Shown: positions 18,229-28,341, counted from the stretch's first letter. The stretch: DNA of 64,000 nucleotides from Abditibacterium sp. (GCA_965246885.1 OZ251992.1:1984001-2048000); one strand, 5' to 3'. Notes: generated from the letters alone by a model not told the origin. Numbers and translations are program-made.

Positions 18229-18292
18229 GGAACGGGGCCGGGGAAGGGCGCGGGCGCGCCGTTATACTTTTGCCAACCACCAAGGATTCCTC

Positions 18293-19687
18293 GTGCTTCA
18301 AACCAACGGCAACGGCCATTCTTCATCCACCAACACCGTCAACGGCGTTTCGCACGTTGACGACTTCGACATCGCTTCGATTCCCGAAATCAAAATCCCG
18401 CCGCGCGTCTTGATGGGCGCGGGGCCGTCCGCCTCCTACCCCGAAGCGTTGCGCGCGATGGGCGCCAATACGCTCGGCCACCTCGACCCGGAGTTTTTGA
18501 CCATCATGGGCAACGTTGGCACCATGCTCCGCCGCGTCTTCAAGACCAAGAACCCCATCACCGGCGCCGTTCCGGGAACGGGCACGGCGGGCATGGAAGC
18601 GGGACTTTGCAACCTCATCGAACCCGGCGACGAAGTGCTGTGCCTTGTGTTCGGCTACTTTTCCAACCGCATGAAGCAGATGTGCGAGCGCATGGGCGCC
18701 GTCGTCACCCTCTTGGAGCGGCCTTGGGGCACGGCGTTCACGACAGAGGAAGTCAAGGCCGCGCTGGACAAAATGAAAAACCCGCGCGTCGTGACGGTCG
18801 TTCAGGCCGAAACTTCGACGGGCATCTTGCAGCCCGTCGAAGAAATCATCCAACTCGCCCACGACCGCGGCGCGCTCGTCGTGGTGGATGCCGTGACTTC
18901 GCTCGCCGGGTGCCCGCTTTACACCGACGACTGGGACTGCGATGTCGTGTTTTCGGGCACCCAGAAGTGCATCGGAGCGCCTCCGGGTTTGTCGCCGATT
19001 ACCTTTAGTCCGCGCGCAATGGATCGCATCCGCGAGCGCAAAGTGCCCGTGCAAAGCTGGTATTTCGATATGTCCCTCGTCGAAACCTACTGGGGCGACA
19101 CGGGCGGCGGCGGGCGCGCTTACCACTACACGGCGCCCTCGAACGCGCTGTTCGGCCTCCACGAGGCGCTTCGCATGACCTTGATTGAGGGCGTCGAGAA
19201 TCGCTGGGCGCGCCACGAAATGCACTCGCGCGCCCTGATGGGCGGCTTGCAGGCGCTGGGATTGGAGCCGTTCGCGGAGGAGGGCTTTCGCTTGTGGCAG
19301 ATCAACAGCGTCAAAGTGCCGGAGGGCATGGATGACCAAGTGCTCCGCACGCGGCTACTACGCGAATACAACATCGAAATCGGCGCGGGACTTGGCCCCA
19401 TCAAAGGCCAAGTGTGGCGCGTCGGCGTCATGGGCTACTCTGCCAACCGCTCCAACGTCCTGCTCCTCCTCAGCGCGATGGAGGACATCTTGGGCAGCAT
19501 GAAGCACCCCTTCGAGAGTGGCGCCGCTACGGAAGCCGCGACGAGTGTGTATGCGCATTACGACGGGAAAAACGCCGCGCCGTCGCACGACCACATCACG
19601 CTCCAAACCGACGCCCTCGGCGCCCCGTTCATCGGCGAAGCCATCCCCGCCGAATCCGTCGCGCGCGGCGTCGCCCACCAGAATTAG
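18293..19687 (+). CDS. Alanine-glyoxylate / serine-pyruvate aminotransferase (class V PLP)
   Basis: LMGAGPS, GTGTAGME, QAETSTG, VDAVTSL, SGTQKCIGAPPG; GTG 18293 after AAGGA. Confidence 0.9.
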   Translation: MLQTNGNGHSSSTNTVNGVSHVDDFDIASIPEIKIPPRVLMGAGPSASYPEALRAMGANTLGHLDPEFLTIMGNVGTMLRRVFKTKNPITGAVPGTGTAGMEAGLCNLIEPGDEVLCLVFGYFSNRMKQMCERMGAVVTLLERPWGTAFTTEEVKAALDKMKNPRVVTVVQAETSTGILQPVEEIIQLAHDRGALVVVDAVTSLAGCPLYTDDWDCDVVFSGTQKCIGAPPGLSPITFSPRAMDRIRERKVPVQSWYFDMSLVETYWGDTGGGGRAYHYTAPSNALFGLHEALRMTLIEGVENRWARHEMHSRALMGGLQALGLEPFAEEGFRLWQINSVKVPEGMDDQVLRTRLLREYNIEIGAGLGPIKGQVWRVGVMGYSANRSNVLLLLSAMEDILGSMKHPFESGAATEAATSVYAHYDGKNAAPSHDHITLQTDALGAPFIGEAIPAESVARGVAHQN

Positions 19688-19705
19688 GCTTTACTTGCCC
19701 CGTCC

Positions 19706-19736
19706 AAGCGCCGCGAACGGGGTTCGCGGCGCTTTT
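19706..19736 (+). terminator. Intrinsic terminator
   Basis: aagcgccgcgaac-ggg-gttcgcggcgctt-tt. Confidence 0.75.
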
Positions 19737-19744
19737 CGTGTTTT

Positions 19745-21028
19745 ATGAACTCTCCTCAACCTCAATCGAACGAACGAACATGGCGCGACGAGGCGATGAA
19801 CGAATCGCTGCGCGGCTTCAACTACTCCGAGAACGAGGAGGCGCTGCTTGTTGGCATCCGCCGCGCGCAGCCGCAACTTCACACAAATCTGTTCTGGGCC
19901 AATCGCGCGCGCATCCTCGACTTTCTCCGAGAGCGTTGCTTGCAAGTGACTTGGATGCTTGCGGGCGAGCATCATGCGTCTTGGGACGAAATCGTCTCGC
20001 CTTACATCGGCTGGTATGGTTTCATCTGGCAAGGACACCCCTTGGAAGTGGCGCTTGTTCCCGGTTCTTCTACAGGACAGGCTTTTTGCGTTGGTCAAGA
20101 CCCGGACGCTTTGAGAGCTTTCGCCCATGCTATCGACGTTTTCGGGGATTTCCCTAAAGGACGCGCGTTGCGTTATTCCGAGGGTTGGGACAGCGCATCA
20201 GATTTAGACGCTGAATTGGGCAGAATCAATTGGAGTGATCTCGTTCTCCCTCCGAAAATACTTTCCAGCCTGAGACAATCCGTCGAGACATTCGTTAGTT
20301 CCAAGGAAGTTTTCGCGTCTTTTGGCTTTCCTTGGAAGCGCGGGATTTTGCTCGTCGGGCCACCCGGAACCGGGAAAACGATGGTGTGCAAAGCTGCCGC
20401 AACTGCGCTGCCCGATTTGCCATTCCTTTACGTGCGCGACCTGCGCGAAGATGACCGCAAAGAATCCATCGAGATTATCTTCAAACGGGCGCGCCGCGTC
20501 GCACCGTGTATTTTAGTTTTTGAGGATTTGGACAGCCTCATCAACGACCACAACCGCACCGTCTTTCTCAACGAGATGGATGGCTTCGCGTCCAACGATG
20601 GGCTGCTCATCATCGCGTCGAGCAATCACCCGGGCAAGATAGATGAGGCGCTACTGAAGCGGCCCTCGCGCTTTGACCGCGTGTTTCACTTGGGCTTGCC
20701 GGAACTGGCCGAGCGCCGCGCGTTTTGCGAGAAGATACTGACGCGCGAGGCGCTCGCCGCCAAACTGTCGCCCGACTTCGATGTCGCGGGATTGTGCGAC
20801 CAAGTCGCCGCCAAGTCGGACGGCTTCACGCCCGCCTATCTCAAAGAAGCGTTCGTGTCGGCGGCCCTCTCGCGCGCCCAAGACGGCGCCACGACGCTCG
20901 ACGACCGCTTCGCCGCCGCCGTGATGGAGCAGTTGGGCGAACTCAAGGCGCACCTCAAGAAAGTCAAAAACCCCGACGCCTTAGCCGAGATGCGCTCAGG
21001 GGATGATGTGGTGGGCTTTCGGCGGTAG
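19745..21028 (+). CDS. AAA+ ATPase, paralog 1
   Basis: Walker A GPPGTGKT, Walker B ILVFEDLD, FLNEMDG, second region of homology KRPSRFDR. Confidence 0.9.
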   Translation: MNSPQPQSNERTWRDEAMNESLRGFNYSENEEALLVGIRRAQPQLHTNLFWANRARILDFLRERCLQVTWMLAGEHHASWDEIVSPYIGWYGFIWQGHPLEVALVPGSSTGQAFCVGQDPDALRAFAHAIDVFGDFPKGRALRYSEGWDSASDLDAELGRINWSDLVLPPKILSSLRQSVETFVSSKEVFASFGFPWKRGILLVGPPGTGKTMVCKAAATALPDLPFLYVRDLREDDRKESIEIIFKRARRVAPCILVFEDLDSLINDHNRTVFLNEMDGFASNDGLLIIASSNHPGKIDEALLKRPSRFDRVFHLGLPELAERRAFCEKILTREALAAKLSPDFDVAGLCDQVAAKSDGFTPAYLKEAFVSAALSRAQDGATTLDDRFAAAVMEQLGELKAHLKKVKNPDALAEMRSGDDVVGFRR

Positions 21029-21137
21029 CGGCAAGCGACTGAAGTCGCAGCCAGCGGAATCATCGGCCTTCGCCGATGGGGTAGCACGTCAACAAAGGTT
21101 GACGTTTTCGCTGGCTGCGACTTCAGTCGCTTGCCGC
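21028..21137. repeat. REPIN/MITE-like palindromic element, family A copy 2
   Basis: 29-bp perfect inverted repeat (21028-21056 / 21109-21137) with the same internal hairpins as 9257-9362. Confidence 0.88.
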
Positions 21138-21149
21138 AAAATACAAATC

Positions 21150-22418
21150 ATGCTCTCTCAACAATCCACACAGCGCACTTGGCGCGACGAGGCGATGGAC
21201 GAATCGCTGCGCGGGTTCGGCTACGGCGAGAACCGCGAGGCGCTCTTGTATGCCATCCGCCAACTGCAACCCGGCCTGTGCACCCACGTGTTCTGGGCCG
21301 AAAAGGAGCGCGTTCTCGACTTCTTGGGGGCGCATTGCGAGGGCGCGCGGTCGCTCTTGTGCGGCACGCACTCGGCGACTTCCGATGAAAAGCCCGTCCC
21401 CGACATGGCGTGGATGGAGGTCGTGTGGGAAGGGCAAGCCGTCGAAGTCGTCTTTCCGGTTGGGCCGAGCGAGCGCACGACGCTGTGCTTGGGGCGCGAC
21501 CCGGCGTTTTTGGAGCGGTTCGCGCGCGCTGCCGAGGAGTTCGCCGACGCACCTTCGGGACGCTGCCTCATCTTCGACGGCTGCTGGGACGACGCGCCGG
21601 AGTTGGACGCCGAAATCGCGCGCGTGTCGTGGAACGATGTCGTCTTGCCTGAAGCCGTTTTGCGCGATTTGCGCGCGGCGGTCGAGGGCTTCTTCGCGCA
21701 CAAGGAAGTCGTGCGCCGTTTCGGGTTCGCGTGGAAGCGCGGCATCCTCATGGTTGGCCCGCCCGGAACCGGCAAAACGATGGTCTGCAAAGCCGTCGCG
21801 TCCGCCACGCCGCAGTTCCCCTTCCTGTATGTGCGCTCGTTTTCCGGCCACAACCCCATCCCCGTCGTCTTCGCCCGCGCCCGCCAATTGGCGCCGTGCA
21901 TCCTCGCGTTCGAGGACATAGACGGCTTGCTCGATGGCTCCAACCGCACCATGTTCCTCAACGAAATGGACGGCTTCGCCTCGAACGATGGGCTGCTCGT
22001 CATCGCCAGTTCCAACCACCCAGGCAAAATAGACGAAGCCCTGCTCAAGCGCCCGTCGCGCTTCGACCGCGTGTTTCATTTGGGATTGCCCGAAGCGCCC
22101 GAACGCCAGATGTTCTGCGAACGCTTGCTGGGCCGCTCCAGCTTGGCCGAACACATAGCGCCCGATTTGGACGTGCCCGCTCTGGCCGAAAAGGTCGCCG
22201 CCAAAACCGACGGCTTCACGCCCGCCTATCTCAAGGAAGCCTTCACCGCCGCCGCCCTCCACTGCGCTCAGGAGGGTTTCGAGTCGCTCGACGCCCGCTT
22301 CGCCGAAGCCGTCCTCTCGCAAGTGGACGAACTGCGCGCGCACCTGAAAAAGGTGAAAAACCCCGACGCCCTCGCCGAAATGCGAAGCGGCGACGACGCT
22401 ATCGGCTTCCGGCGGTGA
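21150..22418 (+). CDS. AAA+ ATPase, paralog 2
   Basis: GPPGTGKT, ILAFEDID, KRPSRFDR; N- and C-termini near-identical to paralog 1; start ATG 21150. Confidence 0.9.
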   Translation: MLSQQSTQRTWRDEAMDESLRGFGYGENREALLYAIRQLQPGLCTHVFWAEKERVLDFLGAHCEGARSLLCGTHSATSDEKPVPDMAWMEVVWEGQAVEVVFPVGPSERTTLCLGRDPAFLERFARAAEEFADAPSGRCLIFDGCWDDAPELDAEIARVSWNDVVLPEAVLRDLRAAVEGFFAHKEVVRRFGFAWKRGILMVGPPGTGKTMVCKAVASATPQFPFLYVRSFSGHNPIPVVFARARQLAPCILAFEDIDGLLDGSNRTMFLNEMDGFASNDGLLVIASSNHPGKIDEALLKRPSRFDRVFHLGLPEAPERQMFCERLLGRSSLAEHIAPDLDVPALAEKVAAKTDGFTPAYLKEAFTAAALHCAQEGFESLDARFAEAVLSQVDELRAHLKKVKNPDALAEMRSGDDAIGFRR

Positions 22419-22419
22419 G

Positions 22420-22485
22420 GTTTGGAGTGCGCCCGTAAGGGCGTCCGCCTGTGGCGCTCACCGCCCTCACGGGCGCACTCCAAAC
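22420..22485. repeat. TTTGGAGTGCG-type palindromic (REP-like) element
   Basis: gtttggagtgcgcccgtaagggcg ... cgccctcacgggcgcactccaaac: 24-bp inverted repeat with one mismatch. Confidence 0.75.
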
Positions 22486-22519
22486 AACGGCCCCCGTTTA
22501 TGATAAACACTGCCCCGCA

Positions 22520-23497
22520 ATGAAACGTGTTCTTCTTTTGGCGGTGTGCGGCGGCGCTTTGCTCGCCGCGAGTGGTTGTGGCGGCGGCGGGGGTGGCCCA
22601 ACAGTTCCGGGCGCTCTCTCAGATGCGGTGGTCTTCGTCTCCACGCGCGACGGGCACGCGCAAATCTACAGCATGAACTCCGATGGCTCGAACCAAACGC
22701 GCCTTTCCAATACGGTGGCTACTTTCAACGATAACGCCCCGCAACTCTCGCGCGACGGCTCCACCATCGTCTTTTCGAGCGACCGCGACGGCAACTCGGA
22801 AATCTACAAAATGAACGCCGACGGCACGAACGTCGTGCGCCTCACCAACGACTCCGGCCCCAACGCCCCCGCCGATGTTGCGCCCGCCATTTCCCCTGAC
22901 GGCACCACCATCGCTTGGACAACGACGCGCGGCGGGGGAAGCTCTATTTACCTGATGAATAGCGACGGCACTAATCAACGCGCTGTGGCAAACACCGGCA
23001 CAGCGGGCGGCCCCCGCTTTTCTCCCGATGGCACGCGGCTGGTTTACACCAAGGTGTCTTCCACAAACGTATCGCCCACAAACTTTCAAACGGTGGACAT
23101 GGTGGTCGTGCGCACACTTTCGACGGGTAGCGAAAAAGTCGTCTCTTCCCACACCAACACCAGTAATCCGTCCGCCGGTAACGGTGGCAACATCGGCTTC
23201 TCGTTTGTCTCTCCGCGCTTCTCGCTCGATGGCAAGAACGTCATCTATAGCATCGCCACTCGCGGCGCGAACCCTCATCAGATCGTCGCAGCGGACGGCT
23301 CACAAGCCACTCCCACGCAATACGGGCCAGACGGAAGCCACCCCTTCGCCTTCTCGTCGCAGGGCAACCGAGTGGCGTTCGATTCGTTCGTTTCGAGCAT
23401 CGGCAACAACCAAATTTTCGTGGCCAACGCCGACTTCGCCAATCCGCGACAACTCACGACTCTGGGCAGTAACTCCCAACCCGCGACGGCGGAATGA
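22520..23497 (+). CDS. TolB-like/PD40 beta-propeller lipoprotein
   Basis: Lipobox LAASG-C then a Gly run; repeated SxDG..IxF.S.RDG..EIY.MN.DG units. Confidence 0.85.
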   Translation: MKRVLLLAVCGGALLAASGCGGGGGGPTVPGALSDAVVFVSTRDGHAQIYSMNSDGSNQTRLSNTVATFNDNAPQLSRDGSTIVFSSDRDGNSEIYKMNADGTNVVRLTNDSGPNAPADVAPAISPDGTTIAWTTTRGGGSSIYLMNSDGTNQRAVANTGTAGGPRFSPDGTRLVYTKVSSTNVSPTNFQTVDMVVVRTLSTGSEKVVSSHTNTSNPSAGNGGNIGFSFVSPRFSLDGKNVIYSIATRGANPHQIVAADGSQATPTQYGPDGSHPFAFSSQGNRVAFDSFVSSIGNNQIFVANADFANPRQLTTLGSNSQPATAE

Positions 23498-23560
23498 GGG
23501 TGCGGTGGCGGAACGGCGTTTGATTTGCGCCCCGGTGACGCGGCTCCAAGCCGCACCACC

Positions 23561-24427
23561 ATGAGCGACCTCAAAGAGCGTCCGAGTTCGGACGACATCA
23601 AAGGGCAGAAACTGCCGTTCCCCGCTTCCCAAGAGGATATGAAACAAGCGCCGCAAAGCGATTTCTCCGCTTATCGCGCCGCCAACAAACTGAAAGGCAA
23701 AGTCGCGCTGATTACGGGCGGCGATTCGGGCATTGGCCGGGCCGTTGCCCAAGCGTTCGCCCTCGAAGGCGCGCGCGTCGCCATTTTCTACAATGAACAC
23801 GACGACGATGCCGCGACGACGCGCACGTGGATCGAGGGGCACGGCGGACAATGCTTGACCATCAAGGGCGACGTGCGCGACTCGCAAACCTGCCGCGACG
23901 CCGTCGCCCAGACTGTCGCTCACTACGGCGCCCTCAATATCCTCGTCAACAACGCCGCCTTTCAAAAGGCGCAAGAAAAGTTCGAGGACATCACCGAAGA
24001 ACAACTGCGCCGCACCTTCGACACCAACATCCTCGGCTACTTCTTTATGGCTCAGGCCGCGCTTCCGCACCTTGGCAAGGGCGACGCCATCATCAACACC
24101 GGCTCCATCGTCGGCATCTCCGGCCTTACTATCTTGATTGACTACGCCTCGACCAAAGGCGCCATTCACGCTTTCACCAAAAGCCTCGCGGCGTCGCTGG
24201 GCGAGCGCGGCATCCGCGTGAACGCCGTCGTTCCCGGCCCGGTCTGGACGCCCGCCATCCCCTCGACCATGCCGCAAAGCGAGGTCGAACACTTCGGCCA
24301 CGAGGTCGCCCTCGCGCGCCCCGGACAGCCCGAAGAACTCGCGCCTGCTTACGTCTTACTCGCTTCGCAGGACGGCAGTTTTATGACGGGCGCTCTTGTC
24401 GAAGTGACCGGCGGACGCTCCGCGTAA
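23561..24427 (+). CDS. Short-chain dehydrogenase/reductase (general-stress YdaD/YhdF type)
   Basis: ITGGDSGIGRA, LVNNAA, YASTK, PGPVWTP, RPGQPEE. Confidence 0.92.
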   Translation: MSDLKERPSSDDIKGQKLPFPASQEDMKQAPQSDFSAYRAANKLKGKVALITGGDSGIGRAVAQAFALEGARVAIFYNEHDDDAATTRTWIEGHGGQCLTIKGDVRDSQTCRDAVAQTVAHYGALNILVNNAAFQKAQEKFEDITEEQLRRTFDTNILGYFFMAQAALPHLGKGDAIINTGSIVGISGLTILIDYASTKGAIHAFTKSLAASLGERGIRVNAVVPGPVWTPAIPSTMPQSEVEHFGHEVALARPGQPEELAPAYVLLASQDGSFMTGALVEVTGGRSA

Positions 24428-24445
24428 GCGGGAAATCAGGGCGAA

Positions 24446-25789
24446 ATGGCCGAAAACTTCCTTCAAATCATCGAAAAGCGGCTCGGTTCGTCGGACTATT
24501 CCGGCGACCAGTTTGGCGGCGCGAGCGGCGCGACCGGGGGCGGGCTACCGTCCGCGTCGCCGCGCAACTTTCTCTTTGCAACCGGCATCGAGTGTTCGTA
24601 TCCCACCATTCAACAAGACGGAAAAACCGTCCGCCGCGACTTGTTAGAAGAGTGCGGACATTATAAACACTGGCGCCGCGACTTGGAATTAGTGCGCGAA
24701 TTGGGATTGCGGGTACTGCGCTACGGATTGCCCTACTACGCCATCCAAACCGGGCCGGACACGTATGATTGGAGCTTCGCCGACCAAGTGATGAACGAGA
24801 TGAAGCGGCTGGAGATAACGCCCATACTCGACCTGATGCACTTTGGCGTGCCGGATTTTATCGGCGACTATCAAAATACGGAACTGCCGCTTCATTTTGC
24901 CAACTTCTGCGAACAAGTGGCGCAGCGCTATCCTTGGGTGCGCTACTTTACTCCAGTAAACGAGATATACGTGACGGCGCGCTTTTCAGGGAAAGACGGG
25001 GTTTGGAATGAATCACTAAAAACAGACAAGGGTTTCGTCACGGCGCTCAAGCATTGCGTAGCAGCGAGTATCTTGGGGAATCACGCCATCGCGCGGCATC
25101 GGCCAGACTGTATCATCGTTCAATCGGAAAGCGCTGAGTATCTGCACGAAGCCCGCGCCGTTCCGACGCCGGAAGTAACCCTTCACAACAAGCTGCGCTT
25201 CTTGTCGCTGGATTTGTTGTATGCGCACGTGCCCGACGCCGACATTTGTTTATATATGATGGACAACGGCTTAGAGCGGGAGGAGTTCGCGTGGTTTATG
25301 AAAGGTGATCCGCCGGGTTATCAGGTGATGGGCAACGATTATTACGGGCGCAACGAGGGAATCCTAACGCCGAGCGGGATGATGCTGGAAGCCGAAGATG
25401 TGTTTGGCTGGTACTCCATCACGAGAGAATACTTCGATCGTTACAAGAAGCCGGTGATGCACACGGAAACGAATCACTTCGACCCGCAAGAAGCGCCGAA
25501 GTGGTTATGGAAACAGTGGCTCAATATCCTACGGATGCGCGCCGACGGTGTTCCTGTCTTGGGTTTCACATGGTACTCCCTCATTGATCAAGTGGATTGG
25601 GACAGTGGATTGGCAAAAAAGCTGGGTATAGTCAACAAGTGCGGTTTGTATGACCTCAAGCGCAAGTCGCGCCCCGTCGCGGCGGCGTACCGGGAACTGC
25701 TCCAAGAATTCGGGCAGATTACTGTCGTGCCACACGGAGAGATGTTCGAGATTACCGACGGCCCCGCCCGACTCAAAGTCGAAGTCTGA
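24446..25789 (+). CDS. Glycoside hydrolase family 1-like protein
   Basis: FATGIECS, LDLMHFG, TPVNE acid/base, HTETN nucleophile region, GFTWYSLIDQVDW. Confidence 0.82.
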   Translation: MAENFLQIIEKRLGSSDYSGDQFGGASGATGGGLPSASPRNFLFATGIECSYPTIQQDGKTVRRDLLEECGHYKHWRRDLELVRELGLRVLRYGLPYYAIQTGPDTYDWSFADQVMNEMKRLEITPILDLMHFGVPDFIGDYQNTELPLHFANFCEQVAQRYPWVRYFTPVNEIYVTARFSGKDGVWNESLKTDKGFVTALKHCVAASILGNHAIARHRPDCIIVQSESAEYLHEARAVPTPEVTLHNKLRFLSLDLLYAHVPDADICLYMMDNGLEREEFAWFMKGDPPGYQVMGNDYYGRNEGILTPSGMMLEAEDVFGWYSITREYFDRYKKPVMHTETNHFDPQEAPKWLWKQWLNILRMRADGVPVLGFTWYSLIDQVDWDSGLAKKLGIVNKCGLYDLKRKSRPVAAAYRELLQEFGQITVVPHGEMFEITDGPARLKVEV

Positions 25790-25795
25790 CGCGAG

Positions 25796-25963
25796 GAGAG
25801 GCGTCCGTCACGCAGTCGCCGCCCTCTGGGAGTAGCTGACAGACCCGCGCCATTCGGCGACAGACCCGCGCCATTCGGCGACAGGCCCGCGCCATTCGCC
25901 CGCCGACGTCTGGGAGTCACCGACAGACCTCTGGGAGTGAGTGGCGGGCGTCCGGGAAAAGCT
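25796..25963. repeat. 21-bp tandem repeat array (family T, locus 2, ~8 units)
   Basis: gacagacccgcgccattcggc twice, then gacaggcccgcgccattcgcc, cgccgacgtctgggagtcacc, gacagacctctgggagtgagt in 21-nt register. Confidence 0.82.
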
Positions 25964-26048
25964 GGTTTCCGTCTGCGCTTGGCGGAGCGTGGCCCAAGTG
26001 CGCTAAAATGGTGGCGTCGTATATTCCCACGAAAAGGAGGTTCAACCA

Positions 26049-26201
26049 ATGGAAGCCTACTGTGTAAAATGCAAGACCAAGCGCGAGATGAAAGACCCGA
26101 AGCAGATCGAGATGAAGAATGGCAAGCCCGCCGTTCAAGGCACTTGCCCCGAATGCGGCACCAAAATGACGAAAATCGGCGCCTCAATGCCCGCGAAATA
26201 A
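26049..26201 (+). CDS. Small zinc-ribbon protein (DUF5679-like), 50 aa
   Basis: Not in the ORF track: MEAYCVKCKTKREMKDPKQIEMKNGKPAVQGTCPECGTKMTKIGASMPAK; AAGGAGG SD at 26034-26040. Confidence 0.9.
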   Translation: MEAYCVKCKTKREMKDPKQIEMKNGKPAVQGTCPECGTKMTKIGASMPAK

Positions 26202-26221
26202 GCCGCGAAATGGACTGTTTT

Positions 26222-26253
26222 CCCGAACGAAGTAACGCTCGTTCGGGTTTTTT
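26222..26253 (+). terminator. Intrinsic terminator
   Basis: cccgaacga-loop-tcgttcggg-tttttt. Confidence 0.8.
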
Positions 26254-26268
26254 GTTGGACTTAAGGCC

Positions 26269-27345
26269 ATGAAATATCGCGCTTTGCCGGGAACGGAGTT
26301 AACGCTATCGGAAGTGGGGTTCGGTGTGTGGACGCTGGCAACCGATTGGTGGGGGGCGCACACCGATGAGGAGGCCGTCGTCATGCTGCGCCGTGCCCGC
26401 GACTTGGGCGTCACCTTTTTCGACACCGCCGACACCTACGCCAACGGGCGCGGCGAAACCTTGTTGCGCGACGCCTTCGGTTCCAACCCAACGGATGTGG
26501 TGTATGCGACCAAGTTCGGCTACGACATCTACTTTACCGACCCCGAAACGCGGCGCGGTCAGCAAGAATTGCCGCATCGCTTCGACCGCGAGTTCGTGCG
26601 CTACGCTTGCGAGCAATCGCTTTCGCGCTTGGGCGTCGAGCAGATACCGCTTTGGCAAATTCACAACGCCCGCATGAACGGGGTGATGGAGGACGAGATT
26701 TGGGAGGTCTTGGACGAGCTAAAGCAGGAAGGCAAAATCGCGCACTACGGCGTCGCGCTTGGCCCCGCGAACGGCTGGATTCACGAAGGCATCGGCTTTT
26801 TACGCCATCGCCCGATTGACTCGATGCAGATAATCTACAACCTCTTCGAGCAGTGGCCGGGCAACGAGTTCTTTCCCGACGCGCGGGCGCAGGACGTGGG
26901 GCTATTAGTGCGTGTGCCGCACTCGTCGGGGATATTGGAAGGGCATTACACGGCAGAAACGGTCTTCGAGGCGAACGATCACCGCCGCCACCGCCCGCGC
27001 TCGTGGCTCCTCAACGGGATAGAAAAGCTCAAGGCGCTGGACTGGCTAACGGAAGGGCGACAGGCGACGATTGGTCAACAGGCGCTCAAGTTCATCCTCG
27101 CCGAAGCCCAAGTTACGACGGTGTTGCCGAACATTTACAACGTGGCGCAGTTGGAAGAGTTTGCGCGCGCGTCCGACTTGCCCGATTTGACGGACGACGA
27201 CTTGGCGCGCTTGGCGCGGCTGACAGAGGAGAACTTCGGCGTGCCAGAAGCGCGCATGAAGGTGAAAGGGGAAGGAGCGGAAGTGTTGGAAGCGTGGGAG
27301 CGGGAGCGCGCCGGGCGGGTCGAGCAAGCGGCGGCGAACCCGTAA
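26269..27345 (+). CDS. Aldo/keto reductase
   Basis: SEVGFGVW, GVTFFDTADTY..G, ATKFGYD, SLSRLG, QIHN. Confidence 0.92.
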   Translation: MKYRALPGTELTLSEVGFGVWTLATDWWGAHTDEEAVVMLRRARDLGVTFFDTADTYANGRGETLLRDAFGSNPTDVVYATKFGYDIYFTDPETRRGQQELPHRFDREFVRYACEQSLSRLGVEQIPLWQIHNARMNGVMEDEIWEVLDELKQEGKIAHYGVALGPANGWIHEGIGFLRHRPIDSMQIIYNLFEQWPGNEFFPDARAQDVGLLVRVPHSSGILEGHYTAETVFEANDHRRHRPRSWLLNGIEKLKALDWLTEGRQATIGQQALKFILAEAQVTTVLPNIYNVAQLEEFARASDLPDLTDDDLARLARLTEENFGVPEARMKVKGEGAEVLEAWERERAGRVEQAAANP

Positions 27346-27363
27346 TGCTTCCCGGCGTCCACC

Positions 27364-27870
27364 GTGCTTGTGAAAATCCCCTTTCGCAAACTCCCGGCGC
27401 CGCAGCGCACAGGGCACGTCGAGGAGCAGATAACCGAAGCGATGGCGCGCGGCGACTTCTCGAATCTCAAAGGGCGTGGCAAGCCGTTGCCCCCGATGCG
27501 CGACCTGTCGAAATTGGACGCGATGCGCGAAAAGTTGCGCGGTGATGCGGGCTACGGCGTGCCTTGGGAGGAAGTCGGGCGCGAAGTGGAAGTCTTGGCA
27601 CGTCGGGCTGAAGCGGAGTTGCGCCGCGCGTTGGAGTTCCGCGCGGCGGGGTTGGCCTCCTCTAAAGCTGACCGAGCCAAAATCGAGCGGGATTTCAGCG
27701 AGCACATGGCTCGCGTCGAGGATGCTATCCGCGCCGTAAACTCCGTTGTGCTTAAGCACAACTTGCTCCTGCCTCCGGCGCTTCCACACTTGTATCGGGC
27801 GCGGCTCACGCTGGAGATGCTGGTCGAACGCACCGCGCCCGACGCGCGCGCTCTGCTTTTTCCGGTCTAA
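27364..27870 (+). CDS. DUF1992 (DnaJ-family-related) domain protein
   Basis: VEEQITEAMARGDFSNLKGRGKPL motif. Confidence 0.82.
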   Translation: MLVKIPFRKLPAPQRTGHVEEQITEAMARGDFSNLKGRGKPLPPMRDLSKLDAMREKLRGDAGYGVPWEEVGREVEVLARRAEAELRRALEFRAAGLASSKADRAKIERDFSEHMARVEDAIRAVNSVVLKHNLLLPPALPHLYRARLTLEMLVERTAPDARALLFPV

Positions 27871-27921
27871 GCGGCGAAAAACTTGCTTTACCCCCCGTCA
27901 GAAGCGATTAACTGAGAAGTC

Positions 27922-28341
27922 ATGGCGCCTTTACGGAAAATTTTGATGGTGGAGGACGACCCGGACATCCAAACCGTCGCTGCGATGGCTCTCGAAATGG
28001 TGGGCGGGTTCGAGGTCGCGGTGTGTCCAGGGGGCGCCGAAGCGCTCGCGCGCGTCGAGGGGTTCGCTCCTGACCTCATCCTGCTGGATGTGATGATGCC
28101 CGACCTTGATGGGCCAGCCGTGTTGCTGCGTTTGCGCGCGAATCCGGCGACGGCGCACTTTCCCGTCGTGTTTATGACCGCTAAAGCGCGCAACGAGGAA
28201 GTGTCGGCGTACTCGAATCTGGGCGCCTTGGCTGTTGTGACGAAGCCCTTCGACCCGATGACGCTGTCGCAGACTTTATCCGCTATTTGGGAACGCGCGC
28301 AAGGCGCGACCGAGGCCGCTTCTACCCTATCCGCGCCATGA
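27922..28341 (+). CDS. Single-domain response regulator (CheY-like)
   Basis: ILMVEDD, DLILLDVMMPDLDG, FMTA, KPF. Confidence 0.92.
   Translation: MAPLRKILMVEDDPDIQTVAAMALEMVGGFEVAVCPGGAEALARVEGFAPDLILLDVMMPDLDGPAVLLRLRANPATAHFPVVFMTAKARNEEVSAYSNLGALAVVTKPFDPMTLSQTLSAIWERAQGATEAASTLSAP

Noticed and set aside
24600..25650. More AT-rich stretch in the GH1-like gene as a separate mobile element
   Set aside because: The ORF is continuous with no boundaries or repeats; the compositional impression was not quantified.
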